Shown: positions 16,267-25,715 of the stretch, one piece after another
Layout of the letters: every line of letters begins with the position of its first letter
How positions within the stretch are numbered: position 1 is the stretch's first letter
DNA from: Spirochaetia bacterium
GTDB lineage: Bacteria; Spirochaetota; Spirochaetia; UBA9216
NCBI GenBank assembly: GCA_963677925.2
Contig: CAXXYH010000004.1
Coordinates: 1,376,001-1,440,000, forward strand
Reading direction: 5' to 3'
Length of the DNA: 64,000 nt
Notes under the pieces: model-generated
The model's input: the letters and a program-made list of their open reading frames with translations, nothing else
What the model was told of the DNA's origin: nothing
Database searches by the model: none
Translations under genes and position numbers: made by a program

Positions 16267-18726
16267 TTAAATTTTTTCAATAAGAATCAGCTGTATTTCA
16301 TGAGGCTCAAGTTCCATATTTACAGTCAGACTTGTATTAGTGATGTTAATTGTCTGCATCTGGTAGAAAGGGCTGGAGTGCTGTTTCAGTATGTCGATAT
16401 CATCCCTGCTGTAAATTTCCTGTGAGAACATTCTTGTCCACATATCAAAACAGCTTCCGCTCTTTCTGTTTACCCTGTACCTTTTTTGTGTATATTCTCC
16501 ATTTATTATTTTCGAAAGATTAAGCCTTAGTTCAATATTTCGGGTCTGATGGAATGGTGTGTATCGTTCCGAAAACGTCATGTCGAATCTTTCGCCTTCT
16601 GCATACAGCTGGGAATAATGGGAATAATTATATGCAATAATCTGATAACCGGTTTCGCTTCCGGTTACCATATAGCACTCACCAGAATCTATAAGTTTGT
16701 TTCCCAATCTGCTTAGAAATGAAAGAGCGTAGTATGATGGTTTTTTTATACCGTTCTTTGTGAATAGACCAAGTCCGCCGTGAAATAATTTATCACCTGT
16801 CTCAAGATCCAGATTAAAATCTGATAGTATCCAGTATCCAAAACTGTCAAGCTTGTCATAATTTTTTACAATATTTCTAACTATATAAGCAGCTTTAAAA
16901 CATGTGTCGTTAAGAAGATCTACATTTGAGGTTGAGGAATTCCAGTCAGAGAGGTAGATTGGAATTGCAAAGGTTTTTTTTATGTTCAGCTGTTCCATTA
17001 TTTTGTTTATAAAAGTCTGCAGAGAGTCGGGGTTTTTATCAAGTAAAAATCTGGTTCTCTTTTCCGAGGCTTCAGCAATTACCGGAAAATATTTAAAAGT
17101 AAAAAAATCAGGCATACATTTATAGCGGTTAAAGAACTCGAGAAACTCGGATAATATCGGGGTGTCAATCATCATATAAGGCATCAGTGGAGACGGTCCG
17201 AATTTAATAGCAGTATTATGAGATTTAATAGCTTTGAATGTTGTAAGGTAAAGCTGCTTGTAACGGTCTTCTGTTTTGTGATTAATGAGAAGTTTATTTC
17301 TGTCATATTCTTCCTGAAGGCAGAACTTCCAGGAAGCTACTTCCTCTTTTCCGAATCTCCATTCGATATGCAGAAGGAATTCAGTAATAAACTGATACCA
17401 CTTATCAAGTGATGAGTTAATTACAGAAGGGTTTCTGAGTAGTTCTGATATGTAAGAAGTCTCTTTGAATTCTATACCCAGCTTTAAAAAAGGTTTCAGA
17501 TTAATTGAAAGTATAAATTCAAGAATCTTATCAATTCTGTTGAAATTGAACAAATATTCTTTGTCATCTGAAAGCAGGTATTGAGCAACTGACTTGTCAA
17601 ATAGACCATGAAAAAGAATGTATTCAAAACCGATGTCCCTCTGCATCTCTATCAGCATCTCCTGGATTTCAGCATAAAGAATTGCCCGGCCGTCCCCGAA
17701 TGAGAAAATCTTTTTAAAATTATGTGTAAGTTCGCGACAGCTTTTTTTTACATTAATTATTCCGCTTGTTATTGTGTCCCATTCAGTTTTTATCGGAAGC
17801 ATTGATGTGATGTCGGTGTTAAGGTATCTAGTGAGGTTTTTAAGATAATCACTTTTTTCTATCTGAGTATAGTCGATATTTTCTGACTTGTGTGCAAAAT
17901 GAAGATAATTGTTTTTCCTGTAAGTATTTGGATTATCGCCATATTCTTCCTTGAATACAGCAACAAAGGATCTCGCATTTGAAAAACCAGCTTCTTCAGC
18001 AATTTCTGATATATTCTTGTCGGTTGAAATAAGTTCATTAACTCCGTGAAGCAGGCGAATTTTATTAAGGTAATTTTTAAATGTCTGTCCCGTCTGTTCT
18101 TTAAAAAAACGGGAGAGATACGGTACGGATAAATTCTCTTTTTCTGCAAGTGATTCAAGTGATATGTAGGTTGAATAATTTGTATTGATATAATTAATTA
18201 TACGGTTGGTTCTGTCATATAATTTTAAGTCCGCAGCTGGTTCTTCTCTGCCGGTTATCCGGAAATTATTCATAAGTTCGTAAAGAAGTTCATATAGATA
18301 AGCCTTATTTATAATTTCAAGAAATTTACCATTCTCCGTATTTTTTTTAACGAGTTTTGCTATCAGAACTTTCAGATTATAGAAAATCATTTTATCGTGA
18401 TGTGCCGAAGAGTTGCAGTTGAATCTGGCATCTGCAGGAAATGGCGAATCAGGTGCATTGAAAAATGCAGAATTAATTTCGAGTTTTATAAGAACGCAGC
18501 CGCTGGATTGAAGTTCGTGAAGCTCATTTCTGTTTATTAGGTATACATCATCTTCATTAAGCATGTGGGTTTTATTGTTGCTGTAAATTGAAATTTTACC
18601 GGATAGGATAAACAGAAGTTCAATGCTGTCATGGCAATGCCTGAAAACATTTTTGAGCTTGTGCAGTGAGATTTTCATAAAACTTCCGCTGTTGTCATAA
18701 TTTGTTATATCATGCTGCACTCTCAT
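16267..18726 (-). CDS. AraC-family regulator fused to a GH39-like (beta-xylosidase fold) domain
   Basis: N-terminal cupin (H.H..IEL), AraC HTH (LS..YLSRFFK, IAEEAGFSN..SF...FK..YG..P..YR), then GH39-like GFEYI.FHGLF, YW..SD, FHGGLGLFT..GIKKP.YY. Confidence 0.88.
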   Translation of the reverse strand: MRVQHDITNYDNSGSFMKISLHKLKNVFRHCHDSIELLFILSGKISIYSNNKTHMLNEDDVYLINRNELHELQSSGCVLIKLEINSAFFNAPDSPFPADARFNCNSSAHHDKMIFYNLKVLIAKLVKKNTENGKFLEIINKAYLYELLYELMNNFRITGREEPAADLKLYDRTNRIINYINTNYSTYISLESLAEKENLSVPYLSRFFKEQTGQTFKNYLNKIRLLHGVNELISTDKNISEIAEEAGFSNARSFVAVFKEEYGDNPNTYRKNNYLHFAHKSENIDYTQIEKSDYLKNLTRYLNTDITSMLPIKTEWDTITSGIINVKKSCRELTHNFKKIFSFGDGRAILYAEIQEMLIEMQRDIGFEYILFHGLFDKSVAQYLLSDDKEYLFNFNRIDKILEFILSINLKPFLKLGIEFKETSYISELLRNPSVINSSLDKWYQFITEFLLHIEWRFGKEEVASWKFCLQEEYDRNKLLINHKTEDRYKQLYLTTFKAIKSHNTAIKFGPSPLMPYMMIDTPILSEFLEFFNRYKCMPDFFTFKYFPVIAEASEKRTRFLLDKNPDSLQTFINKIMEQLNIKKTFAIPIYLSDWNSSTSNVDLLNDTCFKAAYIVRNIVKNYDKLDSFGYWILSDFNLDLETGDKLFHGGLGLFTKNGIKKPSYYALSFLSRLGNKLIDSGECYMVTGSETGYQIIAYNYSHYSQLYAEGERFDMTFSERYTPFHQTRNIELRLNLSKIINGEYTQKRYRVNRKSGSCFDMWTRMFSQEIYSRDDIDILKQHSSPFYQMQTINITNTSLTVNMELEPHEIQLILIEKI

Positions 18727-18797
18727 TATTATCCCCGCTTGTAAGTTAATTAACTACAGTATACATCAGGATTGCATATTAAGGTTTTTTAAAATAT

Positions 18798-18860
18798 CAA
18801 AAAATTACATATAGCACAATAATTAGTTGCGTTGACGGCGGAAAATAGTCAGCGGATAAT
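18798..18860 (+). promoter_or_regulatory. Promoter with conserved operator (copy 1)
   Basis: CAAAAAATTACA-N11-AATTAGTTGCG; -35 TTGACG (18832), 17-nt spacer, -10 GATAAT. Near-identical to copy 2 at 20378. Confidence 0.7.
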
Positions 18861-18885
18861 TTCTGAAAACTTTTAGAAGTAATAT

Positions 18886-20262
18886 TTGGAGGGTTCGATG
18901 GAACTATTGGGTCTTGTCGGTATAATTATCGGTATCGTACTTTTTCTTGTCCTGGCGTATAAAGGATGGTCTACTCTGTGGGTAGCGCCGGTCTGTGCTG
19001 TCATTGTTGCAATATTTAATCAGCTGAATCCGGTTACAGCAATAGCAAGTAATTACGTGAGTGGAATGACAGATGTAATTATTAGTCTATTCTCTCTGAT
19101 TTTTATGGGGGCGGTATTCGGTAAAGTATATGCAGAAACCGGTGCGGCCTCATCAATTGCGGTCACTCTTGTAAATAAATTTGTATTGCCCAGAAAGGGT
19201 GAAGGTCAGGTGAAGGCTGCAGTTTTTGTTATCCTTATAGTAAGTGCGATCTTTACTTTCGGCGGAGTGGATGCTTTTGTTGTTGTATTTACACTATTCC
19301 CGATAATAATGGTTGTAGCTGAAAAGACTGATATACCGAGAAAGTTCGTGCCGGCACTGCTATGCCTGGGTGCGCCTTTTATTGCTGCTCCGGGAGCGCC
19401 TCAGCATAATAATATTATGGTTATGCAGGCCTTAAAGGCTCAGGGTATTGAAATATTGCCTACCGCCGGTCTTATTCCCGGGTTTGTTGCAGTAATAATT
19501 ATTGCTGTATTGAGCTATTTTACTGTAGTACGGTTAATTATTAAATCAAAAGCGAAGGGAGATAAGTTTGAGATGGGAGAAGCCTACTGCCCTCCTGTTG
19601 AAAATAGAGAACTTCCCAATTTCTGGGTCGCATTGATACCTCTGCTTGTAGTCTTTATTTTATTTCTTGTATTTCATGAAGTTTTAATTGCTCTGGGTGC
19701 AGGAATAATACTTGCAATAATTCTGATGTTTAAATATATGGTTTCACGAGGTGACGGCTGCAGTGAAATAACTCTCGGAAAAGCAATTATAAATTCCATT
19801 AACAGCGGTGCAGGGGAATATCCTAATGCGCTTATCTCTATAGTAACACCATCAGGACTTGCTGCTGTAATTGCTTCTACCGCAGCCTTTGGAATGGTTA
19901 TTGGATTCTTCTACGGTATGCAGGTACATTATATGATCGCAGCAATTATCGTAATCAGCATAGTTGTTGCTTTAACTTCATCTCCGCCCGCAGCTATTTT
20001 TATATCGATTCCGATTATTATGGGAATTGTAGGGCAAAGCGGAATGATTCCTAATATTCCCGGAATTGCACGTGTTGTCGCCCTTGCTTCCACTACATTT
20101 GAAACACTGCCTGCTAACGGATTTGTCCTTCTGATACTTGGTCTATCAAAGATTAAGCATAAGGAAGGATATCTGCCGGTTTTTCTTATGACAGTTGCCT
20201 ATACCCTTGTCGGTACTGTTATTGCAGCTGTGATGTTCATGCTGTTTCCCGGACTGGGCTGA
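18886..20262 (+). CDS. GntP/CitM-type (ion transporter superfamily) organic-acid permease
   Basis: GAVFGKVY..TGAA.SIA, FGGVDAFVVVF, PGAPQ..N, LP.NG motifs; about 11-12 TM helices. Confidence 0.88.
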   Translation: MEGSMELLGLVGIIIGIVLFLVLAYKGWSTLWVAPVCAVIVAIFNQLNPVTAIASNYVSGMTDVIISLFSLIFMGAVFGKVYAETGAASSIAVTLVNKFVLPRKGEGQVKAAVFVILIVSAIFTFGGVDAFVVVFTLFPIIMVVAEKTDIPRKFVPALLCLGAPFIAAPGAPQHNNIMVMQALKAQGIEILPTAGLIPGFVAVIIIAVLSYFTVVRLIIKSKAKGDKFEMGEAYCPPVENRELPNFWVALIPLLVVFILFLVFHEVLIALGAGIILAIILMFKYMVSRGDGCSEITLGKAIINSINSGAGEYPNALISIVTPSGLAAVIASTAAFGMVIGFFYGMQVHYMIAAIIVISIVVALTSSPPAAIFISIPIIMGIVGQSGMIPNIPGIARVVALASTTFETLPANGFVLLILGLSKIKHKEGYLPVFLMTVAYTLVGTVIAAVMFMLFPGLG

Positions 20263-20276
20263 ATCAAAATGAGATA

Positions 20277-20320
20277 AAAGCAGAAGCGCCCGCTTTGATA
20301 ATCCAGGCGGGCTGCTTTCT
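20277..20320 (+). terminator. Probable terminator after the permease
   Basis: gcccgc(tt)...(ag)gcgggc stem with flanking aaagc/gcttt. Confidence 0.5.
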
Positions 20321-20377
20321 ATAAGATAAAAAATTACAGTTAGAATAAACATAACTGTTGGAAATTATACCAAATAA

Positions 20378-20440
20378 CAAAAAGATACAGTTTTTAGTGT
20401 AATAAGTTGCGTTGACGGCTGGAAAAAGCCGGAACATAAT
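20378..20440 (+). promoter_or_regulatory. Promoter with conserved operator (copy 2)
   Basis: CAAAAAGATACA-N11-AATAAGTTGCG; -35 TTGACG (20412), 17-nt spacer, -10 CATAAT. Confidence 0.7.
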
Positions 20441-20530
20441 CTTAAAACCTTATTTCTAATAAAAGTAAAAAACTAACAGTTAAACATGCTGAGTGTTAAA
20501 AATTAATTTTTGAATCTTGGAGGATAAAAT

Positions 20531-20875
20531 ATGAAAAAAAGACAAGTTGAAGAGTGCAGTACTTATGATGCTCCGGGACATTTTAAAATGACAGCCATGA
20601 GGCTTCACGGAAAAGATGAATCAAATGCTCAAAAGTTCTGGATGGGACTGAGTCATTTTCTTCCTGGAGGTGGAGCCGATTATGCATATGAAGATTCACC
20701 AACCGAAAAAATCTATTATGTACTTGAGGGTGAGCTGACAGTATACACAAAAGACAAAAAAGAAAAGATTGTACTTAAAAAAAATGATTCAATCTTCATC
20801 GGTCCTAATGAAGGACGTTCACTTATTAACGAAACAAATTTCCCGGCTTCAATGCTGGTTATCGTTAATTACTAG
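20531..20875 (+). CDS. Cupin-domain protein
   Basis: SHFLPGGG, EKIYYVLEGEL, DS.FIGPNE.R...N cupin motifs; GGAGG RBS. Confidence 0.88.
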   Translation: MKKRQVEECSTYDAPGHFKMTAMRLHGKDESNAQKFWMGLSHFLPGGGADYAYEDSPTEKIYYVLEGELTVYTKDKKEKIVLKKNDSIFIGPNEGRSLINETNFPASMLVIVNY

Positions 20876-20889
20876 GTTTCAGGAGTAGT

Positions 20890-21678
20890 TTGATGACAAC
20901 AGATTTTGTAACTAATTTATTCGATGTAAAAAATAAAGTCGCTGTAATTACCGGTGCTACCGGAGCTCTGGGCCGTGCAATTGCATTCGGCTACGGTCAT
21001 GCCGGTATGAAAGTTTTTGTAACCGGTCGAAATGAATCTAAAAATAAAGGTCTTTGTGATGAATTAAAAAGTGCCGGTATAGAATGCGCTTCTGAGGCTG
21101 GAGATCCTGCAAAAGAAGAAGATGTAATAAAGATTGTTAACTCAGCAGTTAAGACATTCGGAGAGATAAATGTACTTGTAACGGCAGCAGGATATAATCA
21201 TCCCCAGCCGATAGTTGAGCAGGATTTATCGGAGTGGAAAAAAATTATGGACTCCGATGTTCAGGGTACTTGGCTATTCTGTAAATATGCAGGGAAGCAG
21301 ATGATAGAGCAGGGAAAGGGCGGAAAGGTTATTCTTGTGTCCTCTGCAAGGTCGAAAATGGGAATGGCTAATTATACCGGCTATTGTACAGCAAAAGCAG
21401 GAATCGATTTGATGGCACAGTCTCTTGCCTGTGAATGGACTGCCAAATATAAAATTAATGTGAACACCATCAACCCGACAGTCTTCAGATCAGAACTTAC
21501 AGAATGGATGTTTGATCCTGAAAGTGAGGTCTATAAAAACTTTCTAAAAAGACTTCCTGTCGGAAGACTGGGCGAACCCGAAGATTTTGTCGGCCCGTGC
21601 ATTTTTCTTGCATCAAAATCAAGTGATTTTATGACCGGGGCTAATATAGCTACTGACGGCGGATACTGGGCTAACTAG
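20890..21678 (+). CDS. SDR oxidoreductase, probable phloroglucinol reductase
   Basis: TGATGALG, SS, YCTAK catalytic motif, INPTVFRS.LT, DGGYWA; pathway context. Confidence 0.8.
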   Translation: MMTTDFVTNLFDVKNKVAVITGATGALGRAIAFGYGHAGMKVFVTGRNESKNKGLCDELKSAGIECASEAGDPAKEEDVIKIVNSAVKTFGEINVLVTAAGYNHPQPIVEQDLSEWKKIMDSDVQGTWLFCKYAGKQMIEQGKGGKVILVSSARSKMGMANYTGYCTAKAGIDLMAQSLACEWTAKYKINVNTINPTVFRSELTEWMFDPESEVYKNFLKRLPVGRLGEPEDFVGPCIFLASKSSDFMTGANIATDGGYWAN

Positions 21679-21680
21679 GT

Positions 21681-22634
21681 ATGATGATTTCAGATATAAA
21701 GAAAATTACAATCCTCGGGGCTGGCATGATGGGTCCCGGGCTCGCACAGATTTTTGCATCAAAGGGTTATTCGGTTACAGTCTGGGCCCGTCGTGCTGAA
21801 GTCCTTCCGGGAGTTGTTGATCAAATAGAAGGCAATCTATCTCTTATGGCGGACAATGGAATAGGCAGTCATGAGAGCATAGCGTCTATTATTTCAAAAG
21901 TGACAACAACTGATGATTTTGAGAAAGCAGTGGTTGATGCAGATTTCGTTATTGAAGCCATTGGAGAGAAGCTGGAACTTAAACAGGAATTTTTTCAAAA
22001 GCTTGATAAGCTCTGCAAACCTGAAACTGTTCTTGCCACCAATACTTCTGTAATCAGTATTACGGAAATTGCTTCGACATCAGAAAAAAGGGATCGGATT
22101 ATAGGAACTCACTTCTGGAATCCCCCTTACCTTATTCCGCTGGTAGAAGTTGTTCCTGCTTCTGACACTTCAGATGAGACTGTGCAGATTACAATGGAAC
22201 TTCTTTCAGAATGCGGAAGAAAACCAATTCATGTTAAAAAAGATGTTCCGGGTTTTGTAGCAAATAGACTGCAGCATGCGCTATGGCGCGAGGCGATATC
22301 AATCGTTGAGAGGGGAATAGCTGATCCTAAAACCGTAGATGATGCAATTCGGTACAGTTTTGGTTTCAGACTTCCAATCCTGGCTCCAATTGAAAACTCC
22401 GACATGGTTGGAACAGAATTAACCTGGAATATTCACAGCTACATATTAAAGCATATTGAGAGCTCTACAGAACCGTCTCCACTGCTGAAGGATATGATAG
22501 ATAAAGGTACAATCGGTTTTAAATCAGGGAAAGGGTTTTACGATTGGGATGACGAGAAAATTGCTGCTTCTAAAAGAGCTCTCCAGGAGTATCTGATTAA
22601 GCAGCAGGGAACAAATGAAAAGGATTATTTTTAA
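21681..22634 (+). CDS. 3-hydroxyacyl-CoA dehydrogenase family, probable 3-hydroxy-5-oxohexanoate dehydrogenase
   Basis: GAGMMG, ATNTS, GTHFWNPPYLIPLVE, PGFVANRLQHAL.REA, G.KSGKGFY; context. Confidence 0.82.
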   Translation: MMISDIKKITILGAGMMGPGLAQIFASKGYSVTVWARRAEVLPGVVDQIEGNLSLMADNGIGSHESIASIISKVTTTDDFEKAVVDADFVIEAIGEKLELKQEFFQKLDKLCKPETVLATNTSVISITEIASTSEKRDRIIGTHFWNPPYLIPLVEVVPASDTSDETVQITMELLSECGRKPIHVKKDVPGFVANRLQHALWREAISIVERGIADPKTVDDAIRYSFGFRLPILAPIENSDMVGTELTWNIHSYILKHIESSTEPSPLLKDMIDKGTIGFKSGKGFYDWDDEKIAASKRALQEYLIKQQGTNEKDYF

Positions 22635-22703
22635 GTAAAGGCGGAGGGTAAGTTTTACCCTCATTTTAATGATTAATTTTTTTAAATTATTTGGAGTAAT
22701 ATT

Positions 22704-23642
22704 ATGGGAAAAAAAATATTTGTAGATTTAACACATCCGTTCAGTGCAGAAATACCAAGGTGGCCTTATTTTGATAAGCCTGTAATTGATAATAATCATA
22801 CAATGGCAAAGGGTGGAGTCCTTACTCAGAAGATAACATGTACCATGCATACCGGAACTCATGCAGATGCACCGCGGCATGTAATGGAAAGAGAGTTCGA
22901 CGGCAGAAGAGCCCGCTACACACATGAAATGCCTGTTGATGCTTATACAGGCGATGCTGTATGTCTTCCGATCGAAATTGAGAGATGGGGCCTTATAGGA
23001 CCTAAGCACCTTGAAGCGGCATGTGAGAAAGTCGGAATTAAGCCTGCAGAACTGGAAGGAATGGTTGTATGCCTGAATACCGGGATGCATCGAAAGTTTG
23101 ATGATTCAAAAGAATATTATCATTACGCATGCGGAACCGGAGTTGAAGCCGGCAAGTGGTTTGTTAAGCATAAGGTTAAATGCGTAGCAAATGATACTCA
23201 GGCCCTTGATCATCCTCTGCATACTGCAATGGGTAATAATGGAATGACAAAGATGAATCTTATAGGAGCATCCGGAAAACCGATTACTGAAGAATACATC
23301 GAACAGTTCGGTGAAGAAGCTTATGCCGAGTTTGACAAATTCACATATATAAAAGTTCACGGTCAGGAAGCTTATGATGCAAAGTACGGCGACCTTGAAG
23401 CTATTGGATGCTGGGGAACATGGGAGCCATGTCACAAGCAGATGCTGGGACACGGAATTGTCGGTGTTGAAAATCTAGGCGGAGATCTCGATAAAGTTAG
23501 CGGAAAAAGATTCCGTTTCTACTGCTTTCCTCTTCGATGGTATCTTGGTGACGGCTCAATGGTTAGATGTGTCGCAGAAATCGACGAGGCTGATCTAAAT
23601 GATGTTCCTGACAGGGTATATACCTACGGCGGAAATATTTAA
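22704..23642 (+). CDS. Cyclase/kynurenine-formamidase family, probable dihydrophloroglucinol cyclohydrolase
   Basis: DLTHP, HTGTHADAP metal motif, H..MLG.GI.GVENL, GDGS.VR.VA. Confidence 0.85.
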   Translation: MGKKIFVDLTHPFSAEIPRWPYFDKPVIDNNHTMAKGGVLTQKITCTMHTGTHADAPRHVMEREFDGRRARYTHEMPVDAYTGDAVCLPIEIERWGLIGPKHLEAACEKVGIKPAELEGMVVCLNTGMHRKFDDSKEYYHYACGTGVEAGKWFVKHKVKCVANDTQALDHPLHTAMGNNGMTKMNLIGASGKPITEEYIEQFGEEAYAEFDKFTYIKVHGQEAYDAKYGDLEAIGCWGTWEPCHKQMLGHGIVGVENLGGDLDKVSGKRFRFYCFPLRWYLGDGSMVRCVAEIDEADLNDVPDRVYTYGGNI

Positions 23643-23653
23643 CGGGGATAATT

Positions 23654-24496
23654 ATGGGTGATTTGGATAATAAAGTAATACTTACAGTTGCGCACACTGG
23701 TGCGTGGCCTACAAAAAATGAAAACCCTAATGTGCCTCTTCAGCCGCAGGAAATTGCAGATGATGTCTATGCATGCTGGAAAGCCGGTGCATCGGTTTCA
23801 CATATCCATGTGAGGGATGATAATGATAAATCATCAATGAGTTTTGAAAAGTTTAAGGAAACCGTTGAGCTCATAAGAGCCACTGATTGTGACATTGTTA
23901 TCAACCTCACAACTTCCGGACAGCTTGGTCTGACTGATGAAGAGAGGATGGTTCATATAAAAGAACTGAAGCCGGAGATGGCTTCGTATGACTGCGGTTC
24001 AATGAACTGGCTGAATACCTCAGTTTTTGAAAACAGTCCAAGGTTTCTTGAAAAGCTCGGTGCTACCATGCAGGAATATAACATTAAGCCTGAAATTGAA
24101 ATATTTGATGTCGGAATGCTGTCAAATGCTCTTTATTATCTGAAGAAGGGTATATTAAAAGCTCCGCTGCATTTTCAGCTTTGTATGGGTGCGGCCGGAG
24201 GAATGCCGGCAACAGTTGAGAATCTGGTTTATCTTCACGGTTTGCTCCCTGAAGGTTGTACCTGGGGTGGCTTTGGAATCGGCAAGGGGCATATGCCTCT
24301 GCTGTATACAACAATCGCTCTCGGCGGTCATGTCCGGGTAGGATTTGAAGATAATGTTCTATACCAGAAGGGAGTTCCGGCTGAATCGAATGTTCAGTTT
24401 GTCGAAAGAGCAAAAAGACTTATAACCGAATTTGGAAAAGAAGTTGCAACTCCTGATGAGGCACGGCAGATTCTCGGGCTGAATAAAGCTGAATGA
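23654..24496 (+). CDS. Beta-keto acid cleavage enzyme (Kce/DUF849), probable triacetate acetoacetate-lyase
   Basis: P..PQEIA, AGAS..HIHVRD (Zn HxH), GSMN, KPEIEIFD, GGHVRVGFEDN, ATPDEAR.ILG. Confidence 0.88.
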   Translation: MGDLDNKVILTVAHTGAWPTKNENPNVPLQPQEIADDVYACWKAGASVSHIHVRDDNDKSSMSFEKFKETVELIRATDCDIVINLTTSGQLGLTDEERMVHIKELKPEMASYDCGSMNWLNTSVFENSPRFLEKLGATMQEYNIKPEIEIFDVGMLSNALYYLKKGILKAPLHFQLCMGAAGGMPATVENLVYLHGLLPEGCTWGGFGIGKGHMPLLYTTIALGGHVRVGFEDNVLYQKGVPAESNVQFVERAKRLITEFGKEVATPDEARQILGLNKAE

Positions 24497-24600
24497 CATT
24501 GAATAAAACAAAAGTAATGGAATTTTAATACCGAATCTGAGCAGCTCTCCTGGAGAGTCAATGTCTTTGGGGAGCTGCTGTTCTTATCAAAGGAGTAATT

Positions 24601-25422
24601 ATGGCAATGGTTAATCAGGGTTTGGTCCCTGTTACTGAACAGGATAAAGAAAAAACATATTTTAAATATTTTAACGAGGAAATGGCTGAGGCTCCTAAGG
24701 AAAAATACCAGGAAGTATTAATGGGCCCTGTTGATCCCCGGAGGGCATTAAAATTCAAGGATAGAAATGACTTGTTTAATCCGGGATATCTGGATGTTGA
24801 AGTCGGATACTGTGTTATGGAAGACGGTACCGGTTTTGTTGCAAATCATACAATGATGCTCGGTGTAACGGTAGAGATGTTTGACTGGTGGTTCGCCTGG
24901 CATGGACTTGATAATCTTCGATACTCCATCTGGAATCATGAAGATCATTATCAGGCAGAATCGATGCAGAAAGTCAGGGCGCATGATCCTGAATTAAGTA
25001 TTAAAGAAAAATACTGGGATACTACACATCACGTAATAGAAGATGTGGGTATGGGGCCTGAACACCTGAGTATCAATTTTAAATATCCGGGGGACCTTGG
25101 ATTTGATATGACTAAATACGGTACAGCAGCCTGCGGTACAATAGTGTGCGCAAAGGGTAACGGTATTGGTCATCCTCCATTCGCAAGTCCCGGTACTATC
25201 ATGTGTCATTTTATCAGAGAAATAGATGGTGGCGTTGAGCTTAGAACCAGATTCTGGATGGGGTGGACATTCGAAAACGGCAGAGATGTAAAAGCTCTTC
25301 CGGACGGATTCAGAATGCCGCCGATGGGTCCTATGGCTCTTCTTCTTCATAATATAAAAGAGTTTACCAATCTGGCATCACTGCTTCCCAGAGTTTACAC
25401 TGAGGAAAAAAATAACTTTTAG
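24601..25422 (+). CDS. phy: Phloretin hydrolase / DAPG hydrolase (PhlG) family C-C hydrolase
   Basis: EMFDWWFAWH, LRY.IW..EDH, H.VIEDVG.GPE, RFW.G, HNIKEFTNLA.LLP.VY.EEK..F; 273 aa, closely resembling Eubacterium ramulus Phy as recalled. Confidence 0.85.
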   Translation: MAMVNQGLVPVTEQDKEKTYFKYFNEEMAEAPKEKYQEVLMGPVDPRRALKFKDRNDLFNPGYLDVEVGYCVMEDGTGFVANHTMMLGVTVEMFDWWFAWHGLDNLRYSIWNHEDHYQAESMQKVRAHDPELSIKEKYWDTTHHVIEDVGMGPEHLSINFKYPGDLGFDMTKYGTAACGTIVCAKGNGIGHPPFASPGTIMCHFIREIDGGVELRTRFWMGWTFENGRDVKALPDGFRMPPMGPMALLLHNIKEFTNLASLLPRVYTEEKNNF

Positions 25423-25443
25423 AAAGACAAGGAGAACTGCTGC

Positions 25444-25683
25444 ATGGCAAACCATAAAATAAATTTTAATCCTTCAACCTGCATAGGCTGCAAGGTCTGC
25501 TACAAATCATGCTTTGTTGACGTCATACGCTGGGATGAGAATAAAAAATTGCCAGTATTCAAGTATGTTGAAGACTGCGTTCATTGCACCTATTGTGAAG
25601 CTTTATGCCCTAAAGACTGTATTGAAGTAGTTATAGATTTTGAGGGCGAAAGAGTCTATCAGAATTTTGATGCATACCGATAG
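25444..25683 (+). CDS. 2x[4Fe-4S] ferredoxin (AprB-like small subunit)
   Basis: CIGCKVCYKSC and CVHCTYCEALCP. Confidence 0.9.
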   Translation: MANHKINFNPSTCIGCKVCYKSCFVDVIRWDENKKLPVFKYVEDCVHCTYCEALCPKDCIEVVIDFEGERVYQNFDAYR

Positions 25684-25715
25684 GATAGCCAATAGGAAAT
25701 TGGAGAGTAAATAAT

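Noticed and set aside
23654-24496. Lysine-fermentation kce
   Set aside because: No kamA, kdd or kal neighbours; context matches triacetate cleavage.
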